64,000 nt of DNA from positions 7,676,184 to 7,740,183 of the forward strand of contig OZ316895.1 in the NCBI GenBank assembly GCA_973895155.1, given 5' to 3'. This document shows positions 1 through 11,800 of this stretch, one piece after another. This DNA comes from Marsupella aquatica (Eukaryota; Plantae; Marchantiophyta). The translations under genes were made by a program, and so were the position numbers. Below the pieces are notes generated by a model. That model made no database searches, was not told where the DNA came from, and saw only the letters and a list, made by a program, of their open reading frames with translations. The stretch's first letter is position 1, and each line of letters starts with the position of its first letter.

Positions 1-995
1 CCAAAATTTATGTGGATGATAATAGAATGAAACCTTATGTAAGTCAAAACGGTGATCATGCAGCCCATAGTTGAACTATTGTGACTCACTCTTCCCTTTC
101 TGTGGGGTTTCACAGATTTTTCCTTAAAAAAAATATTATTATTTTTAAATAATGATCATGCATGATAATATTCATCATTATTTCTATTAACATTCAAAGA
201 ATGTGCATTCAAGCTTGTGAATAAAATAAAGAAAAGCATGTAGCATAGTTATTGAGTATGGATAGTTAATTGTATGGTACTTTCTGGTGATTGCAGAGCA
301 ATTTCTGGCAAATCTCCCCCACCGTGGATTTCATAGTGACCCCATCCCAATGCCCATGCCATGCACAACTTGAGTTGAGAAAAAGTTGTTGAGGCAAGAA
401 AATGACGTCAAGGCGAGGCACAGATGTTGGGGCAAAACAAGACGTTGAGGCGCAAAAATATGAGATGTCAGGAAAGGTAAAGATTTTGTGGGGTCAAGGT
501 GTGGTTGCACAACGCTATTGAGAAGGGAATTTTTTATGTCCTTTTCCCATTTCTTCACTCCCTTGCCACTTCCTTCCTCCCCTCTTTTCTTCCTTTCCGC
601 ACCATTAAATAAAGAGAAAAATAGAGTGAGTGAATGTATAATGAACCCTTTTTCTTTCTTCTTGATTGTCATACTCTATTCCAAAAAGTTTATCATGCCC
701 CAAAAGATTCTCTTCCCAAAGTTAGTATTTTGGTATTTGCATAAAAAAAGACATTTAGGTAAAGTCACATCAGAGTCATCACATATACTATGTATTCTAC
801 TATAAAACTAAGTATATTTTGGGGACATTCCTGGTCAATCAATCCAAGAGTCCATAGAAATCTGTAAGGACAATCTGATGGCTGAGGTTTGTTCCCTCCA
901 TTTCCAAGTTTGTAAGCAATGGATGAAGTTTTTGACGGCATTGCATGTCATAGAAATTTAAATAGCAGGGATTTTCTCAAGTAGTTTTTAAGCTA

Positions 996-1362
996 CATTG
1001 TTCACCGTAATTAGTGTTGTGCAAGAATTAGTGTTAGTACAAAATTAGTGTTAGTAAAAATAATTTTGAGTCCAAGTAACACTAATTTTTGCCGGTTTTC
1101 AAAATGAATTTATTTCAGTTTAGTTTAAATTGCTTGTAAAAAATGGATAATCTCTAGTCCAAAGAAACACTAATTGTTGTGGATTTTTTTAAATAATTTT
1201 TTTCTTTGTATTTTTTCACTTTTAAGACCATAGTAACACTAATTCATGTGCGCGAAAATAATAATAGCACAAAATTAGTGTGACTAACACTAATTCGCAA
1301 GTAGACCCTGAAAATGGACGTTCTCAAATTAGTGTTAGTCACACTAATTACGGTGAACAGTG
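996..1362. mobile_element. MITE / non-autonomous DNA transposon with short TIRs and TA target duplication
   Basis: Left end TA|CATTGTTCACCGTAATTAGTG (996) and right end CACTAATTACGGTGAACAGTG|TA (1362) are reverse complements with 1 mismatch, and both are flanked by TA. The interior has many AATTAGTGTTA/TAACACTAATT subterminal motifs and no ORF. Confidence 0.8.
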
Positions 1363-1784
1363 TAGGTTCTTGGCAAAAATTGACTAGACAAGGCTGATGT
1401 CACAGAGGGTGCAATGCACATGGAGGCGACTGTGCACTCTTATCAATAAATGCACATTCCACGTTTGTGCACTTATGACATAGTGCAAACTTAACACAGG
1501 CCGCGTCGTCCAGTTCTTCGTCCTTCCTTTCCGTAAGCCTTCCGTCCTTCTCCCCCTTTTCGTTTAACTCTATTTCCTTTTCTGTTGTCGCCTAGCACTC
1601 CTTCTTTGGTGTTGAGTTTTGTCGTTTAGGGCTGCTGGTCTGTTCGGGTTTGTCGCTTTGGCGCTGGCCATTCCTGTTCCTCCGTACCCCTCTGAGCGAT
1701 ATCCTCTTTTTCCACTTTCGTGTGTCCGTACTTCTCGATGTCTTTCCTCTTTCAATTCGTGTCTTTCCCTGTCGTTGAATTTTA

Positions 1785-3257
1785 GAGGGATATGCTCAAT
1801 AGACCCCCTCCAGGAGAAACTTTACTTGATCAGCCCCCTCCAAACTTTTTTGCCCCAATCAGCCCCCTCATTATGGCCCGTACCCTTTTCCCCCGTGTAA
1901 GGCCCTTTTCCCCGTGTAAGGCCATACTGCACAGTTTTCAGCCTTATTCTATGACTTTTCACAGTCCCCATCCAACAACGCAGTAATCAGGCAAAAATCA
2001 CAGCGACCGTGCTAAGGTCGATTAGCAACGGGACCTCGTAATTAGAAGTCAAAATTGGGCATTTGAACATCCATGCCGCCACGATCAACATTAGGGTTAT
2101 GTTATGCTAATGCGAATACATTGACATGAGTGTATTTTATTTGTAAACTGATTCCCGCATTTTTTAATATACTCTCATCCCGGCTTGTGTCCATGCTCGA
2201 TGACAACTACACTCAACTTTCCACGAGGCGCACGATAGTTTAGGGTTTAAGAGATGTTATACATATTTTGAAACTGTTTTGCAGTTCTCATGTGCATCTT
2301 GTGTGAAACCACTAGTGTTGGCCATTTACCCCCGCTCAAATTGCTTCTCGAAGCAGAATATCCTGTCGTTGGAAAAATTGCTAAGTGTGGTGCGAAGACA
2401 ATGTGGACGATGTCTTCCAAAACCCACAACATCGGCCATTTACCCCTGCTCAAATGGCTTCTTGAATCAGAATATCCTGTCGTTGGAAAAATTGCTAAGT
2501 GTGGTGTGAAGACAATGTGGACGATGTCTTCCAAAACTGAAGGTGCAAACTGAAGGTAGTCTCGAACAGCAGAATGAATAACTTTTATACATCAGAACAT
2601 AGTGAATGCAACTTGCTTTTTATTCATAAATGTTTCCAGTACAAGTTGCAAGTCGAGTTGTGACCTTGCAGTCTAGATGTATCATGGGCCTCCTTGCCTT
2701 CCAATGAAGCTACATTGTATCTGAAGCTACCTCAAGCTAGATTGCATCTGAAGACCACTGAAGCCACCACAAAAATGGCTTAGTACCACACGGGAAGGGT
2801 GTCCACGTCGTGCGCCTCGTGGAATGCTGAGTGTAGTTGTTATCGAGCATGGACAAAAGTCGGGATGGGAGGATATTAAAAAATGCGGAGATCAGTTTAC
2901 AAATAGAATACATTCATGTCAATGTATTCGCATTAGCATAACATAACCCTAATGTTGATCATGGCGGCGTGGATGTGCAAATGCCCGATTTTGACTTCTA
3001 ATTACGAGGTCCCGTTGCTAATCGACCTTAGCACGGTCGCTGTGATTTTTGCCTGATTACTGCATTGTTGAATGGGGACTGTGAAAAGTCATAGAATAAG
3101 GCTGAAAACTGTGCAGTATGGCCTTACACGGGGAAAAGGGCCTTACACGGGGAAAAGGGTACGGGCCATAATGAGGGGGCTGATTGGGGCAAAAATGTTT
3201 GGAGGGGACTGATCAAGTAAAGTTTCTATTGGAGGGGGTCTATTGAGCATATCCCTC
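1785..3257. mobile_element. Non-autonomous Mutator-like element (MULE) with ~450 bp terminal inverted repeats
   Basis: 1785-2235 (GAGGGATATGCTCAATAGACCCC...) is the near-perfect reverse complement of 2808-3257 (...GGGGTCTATTGAGCATATCCCTC). An exact 10 bp duplication TTGAATTTTA lies at 1775-1784 and 3258-3267. Long TIRs starting with G plus a 9-11 bp TSD are Mutator hallmarks. No transposase. Confidence 0.93.
2321..2536. repeat. 114 bp tandem duplication inside the MULE
   Basis: GCCATTTACCCC...GAATATCCTGTCGTTGGAAAAATTGCTAAGTGTGGTG...TGTCTTCCAAAAC starts at 2321 and again at 2435. Confidence 0.9.
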
Positions 3258-6200
3258 TTGAATTTTATGCTGGACTAGGACTTGGGAACTTGGAGGGGTG
3301 GTCTCATGGTCTCATGAGAATCTGAGAGTTTCTTTCTCCCGACTTTGCGTGTCGGGCTATCAGTGAGCGCACAACGAGAATGTACGTGTTAGCGTGGGAA
3401 TCAATATTAGGTGCACGGCTCTAAAGTATTAGATAATGACACTATTGGAGAGATCGATATTTAGTTTTTTTTCTTTTCTTTTTGGGCTTCTCGGGATTGC
3501 TTTCACTTTTTTTTTTGAGTTTCCTGTTCATTCTCTCTGGATCTCATTTGCTTTTTATTTATTCGTACTTTAGTTGGCCCTTTTCAAGTAAATTGGTCAA
3601 ACTTGTGGTTAACATATGGAATGAATTTTGTTCTACAGTACACGATAAAGTGTAAATCTCCTGCCAATGGTGTTTTTTGCATTGGGGCAAGTATTCATGT
3701 TGAAACTCATTTATTATCGTCCCTTGGGTCCCACTCTTATTTAATGTCACTTTTTCCATTTAGAGGATACGAGAATGACAGGCAATTTTTGTAAGTGCTA
3801 ATTTATTTGTGTGCCATAGGCTTTGGTGACCCCACTTTGGGATGGTGTTTGAGCAAAGCAAGTCCAAGAGATGAAGCATGAACTCATATACTCACTTGCC
3901 AAAATGAACATTGATATTGTTCTCAATATTGTTGAGCTGTGCTTGTTGGGATTACCACTGACTGTGCACATTTGTGGTCTGGGCACTGACTCTAGCATTC
4001 AAAAATATGAAGACATTAGCCCTATGCCCGTGCATTGCACGACGCAATGAGGGCCCACCCATAGGAAGTCGGGCCAGGGGACAGAGGCAGGGGCGAGCAC
4101 ATCGGGACCAAGGGGGGGCAAGGCAGGGTGTCAGGGCGAGGCATCGTGAGAGCCGGCAAGGCATCGCAAGCATTGATGCCCGTATATGTATATCCCGAAG
4201 GGGGTCCATAATGAAGGCACGGGCATGGGAGGCCTCGCCATATTGGACAAGTGCTAATCAAACGGATACAAAAATCCTCTAAAATATCTAATGGTGAGTT
4301 TTGATTCCCATCAATTCTGGATTTCATAACGGGACGAATGATGAAAAAGGCAGGATCACTTATTATGGTTGTAGATTCACTCTCTTGTCTCACCTTCCGT
4401 GCACAATGGATAGCATGCACTACTGGCTGCATTTAATGGCAGGACCCAATAGGAGCAATAGTTTCCAAGGAATGCTTGTCCAGTATCCTTTAGCCAAAAG
4501 AATTTTTTCATCCACAAGTGATTTGCAAGGTCTATGGCAACACCCAGTCATACACTAAGGAGTGAAACTATAGGGTGACCTATCCCTGAGAGGAATTGGG
4601 CTCCTATAGGTCATTGGATAGTGAGAGGTAGAGAATCAAACCCTGAAACTTTTTGGTCACATACATATTACAGTGAAACTCTGTGCAAGAGCATAGAGTA
4701 ACATGTTCCTAGAGAGGGAGATGGGCAGGAACCACCGAGGGGCATCGGAACCCTAGGGATTAAAAAGCCCATTTCCCTTTGAGAAGATGGATCACCTTGC
4801 ATAAATCTTCATCTCAATGGCTTTTGGTGTGTTCTTGTCACTGTCAGGGTGATTTCCATGTTCTTAGGCTGGTATTGGGGTGAAAGTCACCTCAGAAAGT
4901 GCAAATGTCATTACCCCTCCACCAGGCTGGCTGGGCAATTATGGCTTCAGATATCTCACTCAAAAACAAAGCAAAAATCAACAAGGTGGTTGAAATTTGA
5001 ACTTGAGATATTGTTGTCCCACACAATTTTGAAAGATGTCCATTGAGGGAGGTGAGCAATAGTCGGGCCAGCCATTGTACGCAGGGAGGGAGGGGAGCTC
5101 AATTAGTGCAGCAGCAACCCAGGTGAGGCGGGGCCAATAGCGCCTTGCCACATGTCAAACCGCCAATGAGAGAGGACCTTGGTTTGAGTACAAGGGTTCA
5201 GGTAAACCCATCTACAAAATGTAGGTCAAGGTGAGAATAAAAATAATTTGGGGAGCATGTTGCAAATAACAATCAGTTTAGGGGGCAGATTAGTAAAAAA
5301 ACAGTAATTTTTAATTGGTCAATGTAGAGGACATTGGGAAGTAATATTTACAACTGACAAAATATTATTAGAACTTTTGCCCTTTTGTCATGTGCTTTCA
5401 GACTTTCACCATGTGCATTCATGAGTTTTGAGTATGTATTTGTTTTACTCCAACTCTTGCATCTATAATGATTGTTATTGTGTTTGTCAATAGCTAGTTG
5501 CTGGTGGAGTGTCTTGCACATCATTGTGCTCGTGCATTTGTTGTCCCCAAGCTTATAGACATTTTGCCACAAAGTTTTGCTTGCCACCACAGTTATTTAT
5601 TGCTTGAATGTGATGCCAATTGTTGTTGTTGTTGGGGAAATAGGGAAGATTTATTTCTATCATTCAGTGTGACATAAGTTTGGTTGACATAAGGACATAA
5701 GTTTGTTTCCTGTAAAAAAAATCTGGTTACCCCAATTAGTTCCACCCTAACAGTAGTTGCGCCCTGATCACTGTCTAGAGGCTTCACTCTAGACTGCATT
5801 CCTTATCTTAGTTTTTTTACCACACTTTATTGGAAAGATTTTGTCCAGAATTTCTTAGATGCTTTTTATCATTCTAAAACTTGGTGCCATTTAATGCTTT
5901 TCATTTTTTTACTATGCAAAAATACCAAATCAATCACATACAATAAACTATCTAGAGCAAAGACATGTTGGCACCATACAATCTAAACCCTGAACGCTGT
6001 GGCTTCAATAGGAGGCGTTGACCCGCTTCACTGAAACCGCCGCCATGGCGCTCTGCTCAAAATTGATTAATCAGGTGCTGCGAGAAAAATGTCACTTCAC
6101 CTCGAACACATTGTCATGGTGTTTTGTTTGAATTGGATGTTGTGTTCCAATGTGACACCGTGATTGAATACAGTTGCAGTTGAAGAAGCACAGGAAGAGA

Positions 6201-7458
6201 GCACCAACAAGAATGCATCAGTAAAATTCTAATTCAGTTCAATTCAACAACGAGGGAGTACACTAGGTCAAGTTAGTATTCAGTTTGAATCAACAATGAA
6301 GGATAAATTATACTTCCATTCCAGAACTTCAAGTGTTGTCATATTTGATGATCCAGGTCTCCAGTAAATCTACATTCTGGAAAAAAGTACTTTAATTAAT
6401 TGAAAGATATCATGGTCAGAAAATGTATTTGACAGATCAGCTGGCTACCATTACCTTGAGAGAATGTGAACCAATAGCAAGCCAACAGCTAAGCATACTC
6501 AATCCTTGCGGCTACTCTGGACAGTCACTTCCACCTTCAACCTGTAGGGTCCAGAAGCTTTACTGCTGTCTTATGTGTGTCATGCCCAGCAATTTAGAAA
6601 ATATATGACAGTTTTCAGTTTGGCAGCAGATATTCCTTGCTTTCTTTGTTGGCTTTAGTGGCACATGAGTTCAATGCCTCCCAGTCCTACTTATACCCTA
6701 AATTCATCTCCCAACACCAAAATTTGGATACAACGTCAATATTTGAACACAACACTGCAAGTACAAAAATCCAAAGTTAAGAGGCATTGTAGACTGTAGT
6801 AGAAAAATTACTTAAAACACAGTTGCCCCTTCAAGAGCTATGGGCTACCTGTACGAACCAAATTTCACTATGCACTAATTTTCCAAAAATTGTGGATCAA
6901 ACTGACACCTTAATGGAAAGAACTGAGTGCAATGTGGAAAAAGGGAGAAGTGTTGGACACTTCCTCCTCATCTATTGGTAGTTGTGATTTAAGTGGAGCC
7001 TGGTTGAGAGTCTAGGGGCCAGGGGTGACTTGTGACCAGCAAGTCTCAAGCTCAATCTGGGACTACTGTAGGCAACTTAATTTCAATTGTGCTTTGGCAG
7101 AGGTACTACATGCAACATGGTTTGGGGTTGTCATGCGCTTGTGGTTGGTGTAAGAGGAATGTTACCTCATTGAAAGGAATTCCTCTTGCTCATTGGCAGG
7201 TTCTCCTTAGGATAAAAAAAAGACGGCAAAGGCATTAAAAGGCAGGCTTTCACACACCCAACTAAGACTAGTAGAGAGCTAACTTGTAAAGCGCAATTTC
7301 TTCAATTTCTTAAGACAAAGGGCAATTATTGGAACACTACTGTAGTCTCTCTCCTTCTTTGGACACTTTAGTTGCAAGTCCTGAAAACGTATTTCTTTGC
7401 AGTTCCCTGTTCTTCACAACTTTATTACCTATGATTGTAGATAGATTGGGCCTTCCTT

Positions 7459-7480
7459 CCCCCCCCCCCCCCCCCCCCCC
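7459..7480. repeat. Poly-C homopolymer (22 nt)
   Basis: Uninterrupted C run read directly. Confidence 0.9.
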
Positions 7481-7871
7481 TTTTATTGTGTCTTTTTGCC
7501 CGTTGGCGTTTCTGTCTTTTTGGCAGTTTTGTAGATACTCAACATCAAAAAGCTCACTCTTAACAATTATGCGACAACTCACCTGTAGGTTTGCTAGTAA
7601 ATGCAACCAATTACCAAACAACATTAACCTATTTCCATGAAAGGACGACACCGAGAGCAAGTTATTTATTTATTTTAGTTGATAAAATTGGCCAAATTTC
7701 ACCTCAGGGAAAACAACTGGCCACTTTTGGCAAAAAATAGCTAAGTTTTTTTTGTCTTCCACTAGCCGAGTTTCCCACCTACAGACATACCCATTAGCGA
7801 GCATTCTGGGAGTGAGGATAACAAATCTAGGGAATCTAAGGATAGAAAATATGAGAAAATTAGACTAAGTG

Positions 7872-8021
7872 AACAATTAGTATCTTCTTGTTCACACAAG
7901 GCGACACCTTAGCCAAAAGGAAAGTCTTACTTATAATTCATGAACAAACAATTAGTATCTTCTTGTTCACACAAGGCGACACCTTAGCGAAAAGGAAAGT
8001 CTTACTTATAATTCATGAACA
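7872..8021. repeat. ~75 bp tandem duplication upstream of CAP
   Basis: AACAATTAGTATCTTCTTGTTCACACAAGGCGACACCTTAGC.AAAAGGAAAGTCTTACTTATAATTCATGAACA is present twice, almost identical. Confidence 0.9.
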
Positions 8022-8040
8022 GAAGCTACTTTTAAGGCCT

Positions 8041-8087
8041 ACCGTCTAGAGTGGGGCCGTCTAGAGTGAAACCCCACTCTAGACGGT
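8041..8087. repeat. Perfect 16 bp inverted repeat; member of a dispersed TCTAGA-pair motif family
   Basis: ACCGTCTAGAGTGGGG (8041-8056) / CCCCACTCTAGACGGT (8072-8087). Related motifs lie at ~5766-5796, ~52641-52672 and ~57822-57851. Confidence 0.75.
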
Positions 8088-8887
8088 GACTCTACTCTAA
8101 TTCACAGTACACTGAAATAGCCAGGAATTTGTTTTGTGCAAATGACTTTTTTGGCCTCATCTTTCTCTTTCCCTTCAAGCAACGGGTAGTCAAGGCTAGT
8201 CCTTACAGATCAATCACTCTTTTTGATACATATCACTGGGCACTACAGTTGTGTTTATTATTAATTTACTGGAAGCCATCCAAAACGTCTTTTGCGCATG
8301 GTTCAATGCCACACCCACGACGGCCCACGACGGCCCGCGACGGCCCCAGGGAGCCGGAAAGTCAGCAGCTGGCGGTGGCAAAACTCGCGGGGTTTTGTAA
8401 CTCTGCACTTGCGCCATGTTTCGCCACTCTCTGGAGCACTGAAGAAAGGAAGATCAATCTGATCGACAGACGCACACATATTGCGTTCTATGATCGCACA
8501 GATCAAAGAACAAGCAATCTCGCTCTCGACTCTACAGTACACGTAGACGGGGACATACATATCTGATGTTGGCTCTCTGCGGAGCGATGGTGGACACAGC
8601 ACGGACGAGGGGGTGATTGTTGTTGCATCGAGGTTATTGATTGAAGCTGAGAAGAGCAGAGCGGGGAGAATGCGTAGATTATTACAATTGGAGTAGAGGT
8701 TTTGGAGGAGGAAAGGCGTGCTCAACTGAGCAAACGAAATCAGAGTAGATAAAACAGAGCGACTGGAGGAGAGAAAGCATTTTGCATAACAGAGCAAAGT
8801 GAGCAAAACGGATTGGAGTGATAGAGAGGGTTGAAGCGGTGTTGGAGGCAGAGGTGAGAGAAGGCGAGGAGGAAAAGGAGAGGGACG

Positions 8888-11800
8888 ATGGCGGACACGG
8901 GAGCGCTGGAGGCGCTGGTGGCAAGATTGGAGAAAGTGGCGTTGGTATTGGAAGGGCGATTGGACGCGCACGCAGCGAAACGGGAAGCCGTCTTGGCGTC
9001 TAGATCGATTAACGCCGGCGCTGCCGCGGGAGACCTGCCGATCAAGGACGCACAGATGAAGGGTGCGGAGGGCAAGCCAGCAGGCCCTCCCTCCGTTGCA
9101 GCATTCGATGAGCTCGTGGCGACCAAGCTAGGGCGAGTGATGACCGCGGCGGAGAAGATCGGCGGATCTGTTCTGCAGACCACCGAGGTTCTGAAATTGG
9201 CATTCGAAGCACAGCGGCAGCTCGTGGTCGTCATCTCCCAATGCAAGGTGTGCGCATTTTATATTTCACTCTGTATTCACGAGCCGTGCTCAAGAATGGC
9301 ACCATTCTGAACTCGCAGCAATCATCGTCCCTACATTGTCATGCCACATCTTTACAGACGATGGACGAGACAATACTTGCACACGTCGCGAGGACGATTC
9401 CATGTTCGCACGGATGGAGTTTTACTGCTTTGGAAATTCACAGACATCACAACCACATTCGTTTTTCCCAGACCCCAGATTCAATCCAACGTGTGTAATT
9501 TGGGATTTCAAATGTGCACATCCTCTCTTCAAACCAGATGGATGTAGGTTGATCTGGACACCTATGATGTCATCATAGTCTTCATCTGTAGCAGTGCAAG
9601 ACCTGACCAGTCATTCCCTGCTCATGGACATTTATTAACGAAATCACCGAAATTCCAGGGCATTTCTAGTCATCCTAAGAATGGAATTAGGAACTACTGG
9701 AAATGCTCCGATTTCGTCCCAGACTGGAATTTGCAATATGTACCCGGCGTTCTTACACGTCTGAGGTTGGACCTGTGTATAGCTGGAAGACTGACGCTCG
9801 GAACGTTCAACAGTGGTCTTTCTCTCACACCTTTCGAGATCCGCGAGCTGACCTGCGTATTTCGCAGGAGGAAGGTTGAGGAATTGGTTTGCCATGACGT
9901 TGTGTAGTATAGGTCGTGTCCTTTCGTTGATGTGACCGTAATGTCGAAGTATATGAAAGGAAAGGAGTCTTTTTATGCAATACGAGTCATCGGATCGCTG
10001 GCATTGTCTCAACACCGCTAGTAATTACACTCGCTCCATATCGCATCTCTCCTCCCATTGGAAACGTGTCGATGAGCTGACTGAATGGAGATGAGTTTCT
10101 GCAATCATCCGATGTGTTTGTGAAGCGAAACCCCTATTTTCTTCCCCCTTTCTACAGCTCCCAGGATTCCGAATCATCGCAGTCTGCCCGTGTCGGTCGA
10201 AGTCCTCACATTTCACTTTTAGGGCAACATCGTGATGAGCACAGTTGAAGAACTGACATTCTTTAGTCTCTTCGTGGCTTACAGTCGCCCACTACAAAAT
10301 TCATGTATCTAATCTTGATTTTAAGCAGTTAAGTCACTTTATCAGACAGTGAAATGCAGCTTACTTTCCTTTCAATTTGTCTCAAGCCCTAAAAGCAAAC
10401 CACAGTTGTGCCCGTTGGCTTGGAGCGAATGTGCTCGTCGTGGAAGAGTTCGCTGTTGTTGCTGATATTCGGATGTTCATAACTACCATGCGGTTGTTCT
10501 ACGTTTTTCAGGACGAGACTTGTTGAGACGTTCAGATACGAGAATGACATAAACACACATAAAAAAAACTTTGACGGATTATTGTGGACGAGAGTTGTGT
10601 TTTTATCATGCCTTTTGAACCGTTCAGATCTCGATAATGTGAAACTACTCAGAGTTATTTATTCAATGAGATGCTGCTCTTGCTCATCTCCAATGCTTGT
10701 ATTTGGGCTCCTCGGTATGTCTCTGCTTGTCCTGCATATCGGCCTCGGCAAGTCTCCTGGAGTCCGAATTGAGAGTTTTTTACCGTTCTATCACATGCTG
10801 ACTTTAGAGAACTAAGAATCTATACTTACTTTCTGCTTTATAGATTGTTTGCTTGTTCAACCGATCGAACTTGATTTTTCGCCTCTCTGGAATGCAGAAA
10901 CCAGACTTCGGAGAGCTCCAGAAATTGTTTACGCCTTTGGGAGAGGCTGTTACAAAAGCGAACAAACTAACTGAAGGGAAGAGAACAGATGCTTACAATC
11001 ATCAAAAGGTCGTTGCAGAGAGCCTCTCTACTTTCTCATGGATAGCCTACACTGGAAAAGACTGCGGTACGTCTTGGTATTACAATGGAGATGATGGTTT
11101 TCCTTTCAAGCAGGTTAAGGTTGTCTGTCTACTCCTTTGTTGTGTTCGCATCATGTCTCGACTGTTTAATGGACGGTCAGAGAGTCTGCCTGTACTGTGT
11201 GGGAAATGTAACTGCTGGCCGGTATCTTGTCAATAAATCCCTAAGGTGATTGTGTTCAGGCTTAAGTTTGCCTGGACCCCATGTTGAGGAGTGCTGGCAG
11301 TCTGCAGAATTCTACAACAACAAGGTAAAATGCCTGTAACCGAGACTTCGGACAAAGCCAATCTCTACGATAAAGATGAAATCCAGTCATTACTTCCTTC
11401 ACTCGTCGCTCCTTTCATAACTCTGAAGCTCAGCTGTGTGTGGGTTTTAATAAGAGTCAAACTAGGCTCAACTTCTCTTTGGATGGCTATCAGTTGTCTT
11501 GACAGTCCTATGGATGTGAAGTTTACAACTGTGTATTAAATCCCCCTCGCTCCGGAGCCCATCTAGGCAGTAGCTTTGTGTTGCTCGTCTCCTGTCCAAT
11601 AGAGGCGTCGCGTGTTCCTGGAAATATTTCGCCTCAATGAAAGACACAGATATTCACAAATACTTGATTTCCTTGACAGATCCTTGTGGAGTACAAGACC
11701 AAGGATCCAAATCATGTTGAGTGGGCCAAATCTGTAAAGGACCTGTATGTCCCAGGTTTGAGGGATTATGTCAAAAAGTTCCACACAACTGGACCTGCTT

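Noticed and set aside
2247-2553. Short ORFs inside the MULE as functional genes or a transposase
   Set aside because: They arise from a 114 bp in-frame duplication, contain no DDE/MULE motifs and are under 100 aa.
7329-7660. Poly-Pro / poly-Gly ORFs
   Set aside because: Produced by translating the C22 homopolymer.
8129-9246. ORFs 8303-8971 (-), 8740-9246 (-) and 8129-8566 (+)
   Set aside because: Low-complexity translations of the purine-rich CAP leader and antisense of exon 1; no domain signal.
9248-10897. Intronic C/D snoRNA in the long first CAP intron (TGATGA at ~10233 with CTGA nearby)
   Set aside because: The boxes are only ~20 nt apart, with no terminal stem or recognisable rRNA guide.
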